From a virus (taxonomy: Duplodnaviria; Heunggongvirae; Uroviricota; Caudoviricetes), in the IMG/VR virus record IMGVR_UViG_2698536677_000006, positions 1 through 12,575 of that record: 12,575 nucleotides of DNA. One strand, 5' to 3'. Below are positions 1 through 6,639 of the stretch, piece by piece. Under the pieces are notes generated by a model. That model saw only the letters and a program-made list of their open reading frames with translations. It was not told where the DNA came from and made no database searches. The first letter of the stretch is position 1, and every line of letters begins with the position of its first letter. The translations under genes and the position numbers were made by a program.

Positions 1-185
1 TCCGGCTCAGTTGCACCACTGACCACCACATCACCTTCTGCTGTAATCGCCTGCATCAGGGTATAAGGGGTTATGGCCACCGGACTACCAAACGGCTGCC
101 AGCCCTCTTTCAGTTTGTGTGTCAGCTTTTCCGCAAGGTCTGACGGCGACGCCGCCCTGACAACATCATAATGTTTAATCGACAT
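1..185 (-). CDS. Partial CDS (5' end only, continues past window start): small phage protein resembling the DUF1737-type proteins found just upstream of lysis genes in lambdoid prophages
   Basis: Hand translation of minus strand from ATG at 185..183 gives MSIKHYDVVRAASPSDLAEKLTHKLKEGWQPFGSPVAITPYTLMQAITAEGDVVVSGATEP with no stop before the window edge. GGGAGA Shine-Dalgarno about 8 nt upstream. Family call is from memory. Confidence 0.45.
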   Translation of the reverse strand, partial: MSIKHYDVVRAASPSDLAEKLTHKLKEGWQPFGSPVAITPYTLMQAITAEGDVVVSGATEP

Positions 186-271
186 CGAATTTCTCCCGTG
201 TACAGGAACAGAGTTAAAAAGCCGGAACCGGAATCAAATCACAGGATGGCCATCTGCCAGTGGCTGGTCGT

Positions 272-298
272 AAAAAAAAGGCCACGCCATGCGCAGCC
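272..298 (-). terminator. Candidate rho-independent terminator downstream of the TerB/peptide cassette
   Basis: Minus-strand RNA GGCUGCGC-AUG-GCGUGGCC (8-bp stem including two G-U pairs, 3-nt loop) followed directly by U8 (plus-strand A8 at 272-279). Confidence 0.4.
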
Positions 299-499
299 GG
301 AAATAAAGGGATAACGATGATAGTTTGAGAAAAACAGAAACAACACTTTTGTGGCAAAGCATGGTGCCGGGTGCCTCCCGGTGAATTCAGTATCAGCACC
401 TGAATCCGCGATTATCCCATATACCTGGTTGCTGATCGCCCCTCCGCACAGGGGGATTCACCATGCAGAAGTGTTTTTAATAAACAGCAAACAAAAAAA

Positions 500-667
500 T
501 CAAGCATTATGCAGGCTGTTTCTTTTTATCACCGGCCACAGCAATACCACAATGCCGCAGACCAGCACCCCATCCGCCAGCACCGACATGATTCTGCTGG
601 TGAAATCCACCATCACCACCAGAAACAGCAGGAGTGCAGCCACAGCCAGGCGCAGTTTTACCGTCAC
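500..667 (-). CDS. Small hydrophobic protein (55 aa, two predicted hydrophobic segments), translationally coupled to the upstream TerB gene
   Basis: Not in the ORF track (below 60 aa). Hand translation: VTVKLRLAVAALLLFLVVMVDFTSRIMSVLADGVLVCGIVVLLWPVIKRNSLHNA, stop TGA at 502..500. GTG start at 667..665 overlaps the TerB stop TGA (666..664) in a GTGA arrangement; GGAG lies 8 nt upstream. Confidence 0.3.
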   Translation of the reverse strand: MTVKLRLAVAALLLFLVVMVDFTSRIMSVLADGVLVCGIVVLLWPVIKRNSLHNA

Positions 668-1095
668 AGGTGATTCTCCAGACGAAGACCCAGAACACCG
701 GCAATCTCTTCCAGCACCTTGCGCTCTTCCGGCTCAATTTCGCCGTCTGCCTCCGCAATGGCCACCGCCACATCCAGCACATCTTCCGCTTCACGCGTAT
801 CGTGTTTCACATCCTCAATCTCGCGTAACGCGGCACGACGACCAATTTTAAAATTGGTATCCAGCTGACCGATAATGGTTGCGCTAATCGCATTAATTTC
901 CGAGGTAAACGCAGACAACGCAGGCTGATTACGTAAGACCTGTTCGATCTTCGCTTTCTCGGATGCCTCGCATTCACCATCTGCATAGGCCACCAGGTAT
1001 GCAGCGTTAATCACCGCCTGTGCCAGATCGCGTTTCTCAAACTTTTTAATTTCCGTTGCCGCTCTGCGGGCTTTTTTACCAAAAATACCAAACAT
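664..1095 (-). CDS. TerB-family (tellurite-resistance TerB-like) protein, about 143 aa
   Basis: ORF track 664..1167; likely real start is the internal ATG at 1095 (MFGIFGKK...) with AGGA 8 nt upstream. Two acidic helix motifs typical of TerB: AAYLVAYADGECEASEKAKIEQVL and VAVAIAEADGEIEPEERKVLEEIAGVLGL. Confidence 0.7.
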   Translation of the reverse strand: MFGIFGKKARRAATEIKKFEKRDLAQAVINAAYLVAYADGECEASEKAKIEQVLRNQPALSAFTSEINAISATIIGQLDTNFKIGRRAALREIEDVKHDTREAEDVLDVAVAIAEADGEIEPEERKVLEEIAGVLGLRLENHL

Positions 1096-1227
1096 CGTGA
1101 CGTTCCTTTGGGTGGGTGAGCCAACGCCCGGGAGCGATCTGCCCACAGAGAAAGTCACACTGACCACTCCGTAAGCTCACCCCCGAAAGGCTCTGTGGTT
1201 GATATGCGCCGGGCGTGGCGCAGATAC

Positions 1228-1251
1228 AAAAAAGGCCCGCCAAAGCGAGCC
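1228..1251 (-). terminator. Rho-independent terminator immediately 3' of the tRNA pair
   Basis: Minus-strand RNA GGCUCGC-UUUG-GCGGGCC (7-bp stem, one G-U pair) followed by U6 (plus A6 at 1228-1233). Confidence 0.5.
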
Positions 1252-1263
1252 TGGAAAATAAGT

Positions 1264-1340
1264 GTGGTGCGTTGTACTGGATTCGAACCAGTGACCGATT
1301 GCTTAGAAGGCAATTGCTCTGTCCGGCTGAGCTAACAACG
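1264..1340 (-). tRNA. tRNA-Arg (anticodon UCU), phage-type
   Basis: Reverse complement folds as a 77-nt cloverleaf: acceptor GCGTTGT/ACAACGC, D-arm GCTC-AGCCGGACA-GAGC, anticodon arm ATTGC-CTTCTAA-GCAAT (anticodon TCT), T-arm ACTGG-TTCGAAT-CCAGT, discriminator A, encoded CCA. Confidence 0.85.
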
Positions 1341-1421
1341 CAGAATACCGATAATGGACCGCCACCGGGGACTCCGAATCTCGCACAGGGTGACGTTCTT
1401 TCCTGATGAGCTAGTGGCGGT

Positions 1422-1497
1422 TGGTGGCTCTTGCTGGATTTGAACCAGCGACCTGGCGATTATGAGTCGCTCGCTCTCACCACTGAGCTAAAGGGCC
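1422..1497 (-). tRNA. tRNA with CAU anticodon, ileX-like (tRNA-Ile2, lysidine type) rather than elongator Met
   Basis: Reverse complement GGCCCTTTAGCTCAGTGGTGAGAGCGAGCGACTCATAATCGCCAGGTCGCTGGTTCAAATCCAGCAAGAGCCACCA: D-arm GCTC/GAGC, anticodon loop CTCATAA, T-loop TTCAAAT, encoded CCA. Strong resemblance to E. coli ileX as recalled. One C4:A69 mismatch in the acceptor stem. Confidence 0.75.
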
Positions 1498-1537
1498 GAT
1501 AACATAATGATAACGTTACAGAATAAATTCAGCAATA

Positions 1538-2596
1538 TCACTCTCTCTTTCTGATTAAATTCTGTACATCCCTTGCGGTCTGCTCAAAACGTTCAGCCTC
1601 CAGCTCGACACCAATTGCACGACGCCCCAGCGCCATCGCGGCTTTGACTGTCGAACCCGACCCCATGAAGAAATCTGCAACCAGGTCACCCGGACGACTG
1701 CTGGCGGTAATCATTTGCCGCAACATATCTGCCGGTTTTTCACAGGGATGTTTGCCCGGATAATACTGCACAGGCTTGTGCGTCCAGACATCCGTATAAG
1801 GAACGGCTGCCGATACGGAAAAATAACGCCGCAGTGATTTGTACTCTTCCAGCAGGCTGGCATACTGCCGGTTCAGCTCACTGTATGTGCTGACCAGTTG
1901 GTGATGTGGCTTTTCCAGTTCTCCCCGCTGATGTTTCTCTTCTGCCACCCGGGCAAACAGCACCTGAAGTTTTCTGTAATCATCCTCGTTCGGTAACTGC
2001 CACTGGCTGGCACTGAACCAGTGCGACACCATGTTTTTCTTTCCTGTGGCATCTGCAATCTGTTTTGCCGTTATCCCCAGGGCCGCGCGCGCATCACGAA
2101 AGTAAGAAATCAGCGGGGCCATCACATGCTGTTTCAGTGCACTGCCCTTCGCCGCATACCCGGCATCTTTCGGACGATACGGCCCCTGATAATGTTCCGC
2201 GAACAGAATGCGCTCTGTGGCGGGGAAATACGCCCTCAGGCTTTCCTTGTTGCATCCGTTCCAGCGTCCGGACGGCTTCGCCCAGATAATATGGTTCAGC
2301 ACACTGAAGCGTTCACGCATCATGATTTCGATATCAGATGCCAGGCGATGACCACAGAACAGGTAAAGACTTCCGGCAGGTTTCAGCACCCGCCAGAACT
2401 GCGCCAGACACTGGTCCAGCCACTTCAGGTAATCATCGTCGCCCTTCCACTGGTTATCCCAGCCCTCGGGCTTCACTTTAAAGTATGGCGGGTCTGTGAC
2501 TATCAGATCGACAGAGTTTTCCGGTAAGGTCTGGATAAATTCCAGGCAATCAGCGTTGATTAACTCACAACTGGATATTTTTACAGTATTAGCCAT
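1538..2596 (-). CDS. DNA N6-adenine (or N4-cytosine) methyltransferase, beta-class, orphan (no adjacent endonuclease)
   Basis: 352-aa ORF. Catalytic motif IV DPPY near the N-terminus (LIVTDPPYFKV) and SAM-binding motif I near the C-terminus (DLVADFFMGSGSTVKAA), the circularly permuted order typical of phage amino-methyltransferases. Confidence 0.85.
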   Translation of the reverse strand: MANTVKISSCELINADCLEFIQTLPENSVDLIVTDPPYFKVKPEGWDNQWKGDDDYLKWLDQCLAQFWRVLKPAGSLYLFCGHRLASDIEIMMRERFSVLNHIIWAKPSGRWNGCNKESLRAYFPATERILFAEHYQGPYRPKDAGYAAKGSALKQHVMAPLISYFRDARAALGITAKQIADATGKKNMVSHWFSASQWQLPNEDDYRKLQVLFARVAEEKHQRGELEKPHHQLVSTYSELNRQYASLLEEYKSLRRYFSVSAAVPYTDVWTHKPVQYYPGKHPCEKPADMLRQMITASSRPGDLVADFFMGSGSTVKAAMALGRRAIGVELEAERFEQTARDVQNLIRKRE

Positions 2597-2734
2597 AGAT
2601 CAATAAGCACTTCTCTGATAGGCTCATACCGCTTTTGCGCAAAGCAGATGGGCCTGAGGTTTGCTTGTGACCACAACGCATGAGCAGATGGCTGGTGAGT
2701 GCCCCTAACACCCACCAGCCGCCCATTACCACAA

Positions 2735-2760
2735 ATAAAAAAGCCTTCACTGAGGAAGGC
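2735..2760 (-). terminator. Terminator copy in the methylase leader (copy A); the upstream gene is missing because of the N gap
   Basis: Same hairpin as at 3222..3247 and 6207..6232: GCCTTC-ACTGAG-GAAGGC followed on the minus strand by a U-run. Confidence 0.4.
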
Positions 2761-2780
2761 GTCTGTAACAACCGAACTGA

Positions 2781-2791
2781 NNNNNNNNNNN
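2781..2791. other. Run of 11 N: scaffold gap or assembly join
   Basis: Literal n characters. Sequence on each side belongs to different copies of the same repeated module (2597-2780 matches 6069-6252; 2792-3083 matches 2305-2596). Confidence 0.95.
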
Positions 2792-3083
2792 TGAAGCGTT
2801 CACGCATCATGATTTCGATATCAGATGCCAGGCGATGACCACAGAACAGGTAAAGACTTCCGACAGGTTTCAGCACCCGCCAGAACTGCGCCAGACACTG
2901 GTCCAGCCACTTCAGGTAATCATCGTCGCCCTTCCACTGGTTATCCCAGCCCTCAGGCTTCACTTTAAAGTACGGCGGGTCCGTGACTATCAGGTCAACA
3001 GAATTTTCGGGTAACGACCGGATAAATTCCAGGCAGTCGGCGTTGATTAACTCACAACTGGATATTTTTACAGTATTAAGCAT
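2792..3083 (-). pseudogene. 5' fragment of a second, diverged copy of the adenine methyltransferase gene, truncated by the N gap
   Basis: ORF track 2589..3083 begins MLNTVKISSCELINADCLEFIRSLPENSVDLIVTDPPYFKV and runs into XXXX; it differs from the 1538..2596 copy at A2L, QT to RS and A to V. The part of the ORF below 2781 is out-of-frame read-through, not gene. Confidence 0.6.
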
Positions 3084-3221
3084 GGATCATTAAGCCTGTC
3101 TCTGATAGGCTCATTCTGCTTTTGCGCAAAGCAGTGGGCCTGAGGTGTGCTTGTGAACCCAACGCATGAGCAGATGGCTGGTGGGTGCCCCTAACACCCA
3201 CCAGCCGCCCATTTACCACAA

Positions 3222-3247
3222 ATAAAAAAGCCTTCACTGCGGAAGGC
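3222..3247 (-). terminator. Rho-independent terminator overlapping the 3' end of the small CDS 3234..3431
   Basis: Minus-strand RNA GCCUUC-CGCAGU-GAAGGC followed by U6-7 (plus A-run 3222-3229). The stop codon of the small CDS lies in the hairpin loop. Confidence 0.5.
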
Positions 3248-3431
3248 GTCTGTAACAACCGAACTGATAGTCTGCCAGACCCGCCATAACCAGCTGGGTC
3301 AGTATTAACTGGCAGCGTTCGCGTGAAAGGTAAGTATTCTGCGCAATCTCCCCGACTGTCGCCGGGTCGTTAACGCTTAATTCATTAAACACCACTCTGG
3401 CGGTTTCTGTCATATCCTGCTGTTTTAGCAT
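3234..3431 (-). CDS. Small conserved protein (65 aa), first ORF downstream of the Q-position gene; function unknown
   Basis: Internal ATG of ORF 3234..3518 (MLKQQDMTETARVVFNELSVNDPATVGEIAQNTYLSRERCQLILTQLVMAGLADYQFGCYRRLPQ). The same protein with only three substitutions is encoded at 6219..6416 although the two DNA copies differ, which favours real coding. Confidence 0.45.
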   Translation of the reverse strand: MLKQQDMTETARVVFNELSVNDPATVGEIAQNTYLSRERCQLILTQLVMAGLADYQFGCYRRLPQ

Positions 3432-3553
3432 GTCTTTTTCCCTTTTCCGGTTAACGTGACACACCAATAACTCTTGTCGAAAAAGCCAGCAAGCTGAAAG
3501 ACAGGTATTCACCGCCACCAGCGCGTTTACTGTACTGACGCGATTTCAGTCAT

Positions 3554-3575
3554 AAAAAACCCGCCAGGCGGCGGG
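3554..3575 (-). terminator. tR'-like intrinsic terminator downstream of the Q gene
   Basis: Minus-strand RNA CCCGCC-GCCU-GGCGGG (6-bp GC stem) followed by U6 (plus A6 at 3554-3559), about 80-100 nt after the Q stop, as expected for the lambda PR'/tR' arrangement. Confidence 0.5.
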
Positions 3576-3657
3576 GTGTAAAAAATCTTCTAACGTCAGG
3601 CATAAAACGCCCATCGTTAGAGCAAATTTACCACAGATTCGGGAAAAATCAACAACA

Positions 3658-4479
3658 CTATCGCGTTACCCTCTTTAACTGCCGCTCCGCCCATGCCTCT
3701 TCAATGTCAAACCGAACCACCAACGTATCGTAAAAGCGTTTCACTGATTTTTTCCACGTATCAAGCGTGATAGCACTCGTCACTTTGCATATGGCATTAA
3801 ATGCCTCCGTTGATGGCAGCCTTTCACAGCCACGACCACCACAACGCTGGCAATCTCTGATAACAGGCATACCACGTTTTACCGACTCTTCACGATGAAT
3901 GGCGACACCACGCCCACGGCAATCCTTACAGGCGGTGGAAACCTCACCCTTTCCGCCACACTCCGGACAGGCAACTTTTACCACCTCCCTGACTTTTTTC
4001 CATTCTTCCCAGTAAGACGGATACACGCCTTTTGTGCACTTTGCCCACACTGGTGGCTTACCATCCGGATACTGGATCTTGTTTGTAAAAACCTCGCTTT
4101 CAATAAATTTTTTTCCGTGACAGCAGGGGCACTGTTTTTTGCTCGCCGCGCTACGGGCATAATCTTCAAACGCATACGAAGCCATAATGCGCATCACTAC
4201 CGGTTTTATTTCTGCCGGAAGTTTTCTCAACGCCGCCACACGATCGCACCGACTGAGTGCATAATCTGCCAGTAATTCTGTTGCCCGCGCCCTGTCATTC
4301 ATACTGATGCCCATTTTCCCCAGGAACGCAGAAAACCCCATCTCAGCCCGATTCTGTGTCATGCCCTGCGCGGCCATCACATCAGTGATACTCAGCGCAT
4401 CTTTTGACGTTGAGGCCGATGCATCGGTCAGGCCAGGGGATTTTGGGGAGTAGTATTTCGGTAAATCTTCCAGTTTCAT
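3658..4479 (-). CDS. Late-gene antiterminator Q, lambda-Q family, with an expanded cysteine-rich domain
   Basis: 273 aa. Recalled lambda Q matches at the N-terminus (KYYSPKSP vs KFHSPKSP; TDVMAA) and C-terminus (FYDTLVV vs LYDALVV; ends VTR). Four CxxCxGxG repeats (CPCCHGKK, CPECGGKG, CKDCRGRG, CQRCGGRG). ATG overlaps the RusA stop (ATGA). Confidence 0.8.
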   Translation of the reverse strand: MKLEDLPKYYSPKSPGLTDASASTSKDALSITDVMAAQGMTQNRAEMGFSAFLGKMGISMNDRARATELLADYALSRCDRVAALRKLPAEIKPVVMRIMASYAFEDYARSAASKKQCPCCHGKKFIESEVFTNKIQYPDGKPPVWAKCTKGVYPSYWEEWKKVREVVKVACPECGGKGEVSTACKDCRGRGVAIHREESVKRGMPVIRDCQRCGGRGCERLPSTEAFNAICKVTSAITLDTWKKSVKRFYDTLVVRFDIEEAWAERQLKRVTR

Positions 4480-4856
4480 TTTTTGACCTGCTCTTCATGC
4501 ATTATGGGGTAAATCTTCACCCCCATACGTCCACCAGATACTGGCTGACCACGAACGATATTGATTTCATCAAACTGCTCATCGTCCATTAACACTCCCG
4601 CATGCGTCAGCGCATCCAGCGGTGCTTTCAGGATATTGTCCAGGTCGCGACGACGCTTATCCGGTGGCTCTGCAATCACCTTTATCGCCAGCCTTCCGGA
4701 CAGGATTAATTTCAGCCGCTGCTGGCGAACAATAAGCGCCACAGCCCGGCGATAACGCTTTCCCTCCTCCGAGATAAAATATGTGCTGCCACGGCGTCGC
4801 CAGTAAGTGTTCACCGTTGGCGGGTAAGGCAAAACAAATTCTATGCGTTCAGTCAT
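4476..4856 (-). CDS. rusA: RusA-family Holliday junction resolvase
   Basis: 126 aa. Catalytic spacing D-x-D-x3-K ... D as in RusA (RRRDLDNILKAPLD ... LMDDEQ). Directly abuts the upstream YdfU-like stop (TAAATG) and overlaps the Q start. Confidence 0.85.
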   Translation of the reverse strand: MTERIEFVLPYPPTVNTYWRRRGSTYFISEEGKRYRRAVALIVRQQRLKLILSGRLAIKVIAEPPDKRRRDLDNILKAPLDALTHAGVLMDDEQFDEINIVRGQPVSGGRMGVKIYPIMHEEQVKK

Positions 4857-5912
4857 TTATGCTTTCCACTTCAGAACACCCGAATTTCTCGCGTGCATTA
4901 AAAAACGAATCAGCAACAACAGCTGGCTGCCGTGTTTTTCTTCAAAATCTTTTACCCCGGCGTGTAGTTCGCTATGGCATTTACGGCACAGCGGAATAAC
5001 AAACAAATCATCAGCCTTTGTTCCCATCCCTCCCAGTCCATGACCAATGATGTGATGCGGATCATCTGCCTGATTGCCACACGTCATGCATTTCTGCGTT
5101 TTTACCCAACGCGTGTATACAGGCATCTCTTCCCGTTGTGATTTCTGGCGCTGGAGATACTGAGCCGGTGACTCCGGATCAACGGCAATGCTGACCACCG
5201 TCTTTTCCTGTGGCGGGTTTTGCTGGTGGGCGTGAGGCAGCGGCGCAAGATTTTTTGTGCGCTGCTTCAGTATGCTGGTGGCGGTCTGCTCTCCCGGTAC
5301 GATGTCGCTTTCACGGTACATTGAGCGGATTTTTTCCGCACGCAACCCCAGCGAACGACGTAATACCGCTTCCGGTAGCGCGTCCGCCACCTGATTGCGG
5401 ACCGCCCACCAGGATAATTCAGCCAGCGATAATTCCCGTTCCTGCGAGCCATTCATTGCATGGCGTATGACGTCAATCATCCATGCAGACAGGTTTTGGT
5501 GAGCAAGTTGCCCGAGTGATTCGGAGGTCTGGTCGCGCAGCTGGTTGTCGCAGTGCCAGCACAACACCATTGCGCCGGTACCATAACGGTGAATGACGGT
5601 TTCACTGTGGTGATAATCGCCGTGTGGCCACTGGCAGGATTTAACATGGCGCAGTAACCAGTCAGACAATGCGCCAGCGCCACCAGCAGCACGAATCACT
5701 CGTTCGTCGCTGAAAAATGGCAGTAATGATTTATCCTCCGCCAGCGGCTGGCGAACGGCAGGAACGACCCCGGACGGCAGATTACGCATGCTTTTCGGTT
5801 CCGGCTCCACCAGTACCCGGGTATTGTGGAATACCGGCATGGATTCACGGCCCGGCTTAACGATCACCAGCCCGAGTTCCGGTACCAGAACAGGTCGAAG
5901 TAATACCCGCAC
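4857..5912 (-). CDS. YdfU-like (DUF968) prophage protein with C-terminal HNH-like zinc motif
   Basis: Homologous to the 7572..8621 copy; GTG start at 5912..5910 preceded by GGAGG. C-terminal CxxC ... HH ... C..C..H..LH motif (CMTCGNQADDPHHIIGHG ... CRKCHSELH). The ORF-track extension to 6068 is a chimera across the n at 5957. Confidence 0.7.
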   Translation of the reverse strand: MRVLLRPVLVPELGLVIVKPGRESMPVFHNTRVLVEPEPKSMRNLPSGVVPAVRQPLAEDKSLLPFFSDERVIRAAGGAGALSDWLLRHVKSCQWPHGDYHHSETVIHRYGTGAMVLCWHCDNQLRDQTSESLGQLAHQNLSAWMIDVIRHAMNGSQERELSLAELSWWAVRNQVADALPEAVLRRSLGLRAEKIRSMYRESDIVPGEQTATSILKQRTKNLAPLPHAHQQNPPQEKTVVSIAVDPESPAQYLQRQKSQREEMPVYTRWVKTQKCMTCGNQADDPHHIIGHGLGGMGTKADDLFVIPLCRKCHSELHAGVKDFEEKHGSQLLLLIRFLMHARNSGVLKWKA

Positions 5913-5956
5913 GTTACCTCCAGATGCGTTGCTGGAATGTGCGGGACGGACGCGGT

Positions 5957-6068
5957 NTGGCGGGTCTGTGACTATCAGATCGACAGAGTTTTCCGGTAAG
6001 GTCTGGATAAATTCCAGGCAATCAGCGTTGATTAACTCACAACTGGATATTTTTACAGTATTAGCCAT
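5957..6068 (-). pseudogene. Orphaned 5' end (37 codons) of the adenine methyltransferase gene, joined through a single n to the YdfU-like leader
   Basis: Encodes MANTVKISSCELINADCLEFIQTLPENSVDLIVTDPP, identical to the start of the 1538..2596 gene. 5958-6068 matches 2486-2596. The join falls at a shared GGCGGG microhomology. Confidence 0.55.
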
Positions 6069-6206
6069 AGATCAATAAGCACTTCTCTGATAGGCTCATA
6101 CCGCTTTTGCGCAAAGCAGATGGGCCTGAGGTTTGCTTGTGACCCCAACGCATGAGCAGATGGCTGGCAGGTGCCGCTAACACCCACCAGCCGCCCATTA
6201 CCACAA

Positions 6207-6232
6207 ATAAAAAAGCCTTCACTGAGGAAGGC
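6207..6232 (-). terminator. Rho-independent terminator overlapping the 3' end of the small CDS 6219..6416
   Basis: GCCTTC-ACTGAG-GAAGGC hairpin plus A-run on the plus strand (U-run on the minus transcript). Confidence 0.5.
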
Positions 6233-6416
6233 GTCTGTAACAACCGAACTGATAATCTGCCAGACCCGCCATAACAAGCTGGGTCAGTATTAACTGGCAG
6301 CGTTCGCGTGAAAGATAAGTGTTCTGCGCAATTTCCTCGACGGTCGCCGGTTCGGTGACGCTTAATTCATTAAACACCACTCTGGCGGTTTCGGTCATAT
6401 CCTGCTGTTTTAGCAT
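6219..6416 (-). CDS. Small conserved protein (65 aa), second copy
   Basis: Internal ATG of ORF 6219..6539. Identical to the 3234..3431 product except ND to TE and G to E. Confidence 0.45.
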   Translation of the reverse strand: MLKQQDMTETARVVFNELSVTEPATVEEIAQNTYLSRERCQLILTQLVMAGLADYQFGCYRRLPQ

Positions 6417-6539
6417 GCCTTTTTCCCTTTTCCGGTTAACGTGACACACCAATAACTCTTGTCGAAAAAGCCAGCAAGCTGAAAGAACGGTATTAATAAC
6501 CACCAGCGAATTTATTGCGCTGCTGTATATTACGGACAC

Positions 6540-6561
6540 AAAAAAACCACCTTCCGGTGGC
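6540..6561 (-). terminator. tR'-like intrinsic terminator downstream of the Q-position gene (second module)
   Basis: Minus-strand RNA CCACC-GGAA-GGUGG followed by U8 (plus A8 at 6540-6547), about 80 nt below the stop of the 6640..7203 gene. Confidence 0.5.
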
Positions 6562-6639
6562 TTCCTTGTGCGAAAAAACTTGCATTTCGCCTCGCGATAC
6601 AGCTTTGCGAAGCTTATACGGATTGAAGCAGTTTATTGA

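Larger units (their letters stand above)
2792..3270. repeat. Repeated module (methylase 5' end plus leader with terminator); diverged copies at 2305-2780, 2792-3270 and 5958-6255
   Basis: Direct comparison of the three stretches shows near-identity with scattered substitutions (for example gaccacaacg / gaacccaacg / gaccccaacg). Confidence 0.85.

Noticed and set aside
437-456. Hairpin CCCCT-n7-AGGGG in the TerB-to-DUF1737 intergenic region
   Set aside because: It has a short stem and no adjacent U-tract on either strand; not enough to call a terminator or regulatory element.
351-851. 166-aa plus-strand ORF
   Set aside because: It is antisense to the TerB gene and the coupled small ORF, has a low-complexity Pro/His/Ser-rich translation, and has no ribosome-binding site; most likely a chance ORF.
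1264-1497. tRNA genes as a prophage attachment site
   Set aside because: The two tRNAs are internal, sitting between Q/methylase and cargo genes with no integrase nearby; they are phage-encoded tRNAs, not an att site.
2021-2527. Plus-strand ORFs antisense to annotated genes (2021..2527, 2065..2289, 3895..4275, 5210..5470, 7716..7952, 8497..9009, 9669..9875, 10196..10603, 10341..10746, 12277..12489)
   Set aside because: Each lies wholly inside a better-supported minus-strand gene with recognisable motifs; none has a convincing ribosome-binding site or family signature.
2589-3083. 164-aa ORF containing XXXX
   Set aside because: It is the methylase 5' fragment read across the N gap into unrelated leader sequence, not an independent gene; only 2792..3083 is real coding remnant.
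3076-3258. 60-aa ORFs in the methylase leader (also 6061..6243 and 6053..6277)
   Set aside because: The DNA is conserved between copies but the translations diverge by frameshift after about 15 residues, and the region holds a terminator hairpin; it is non-coding leader.
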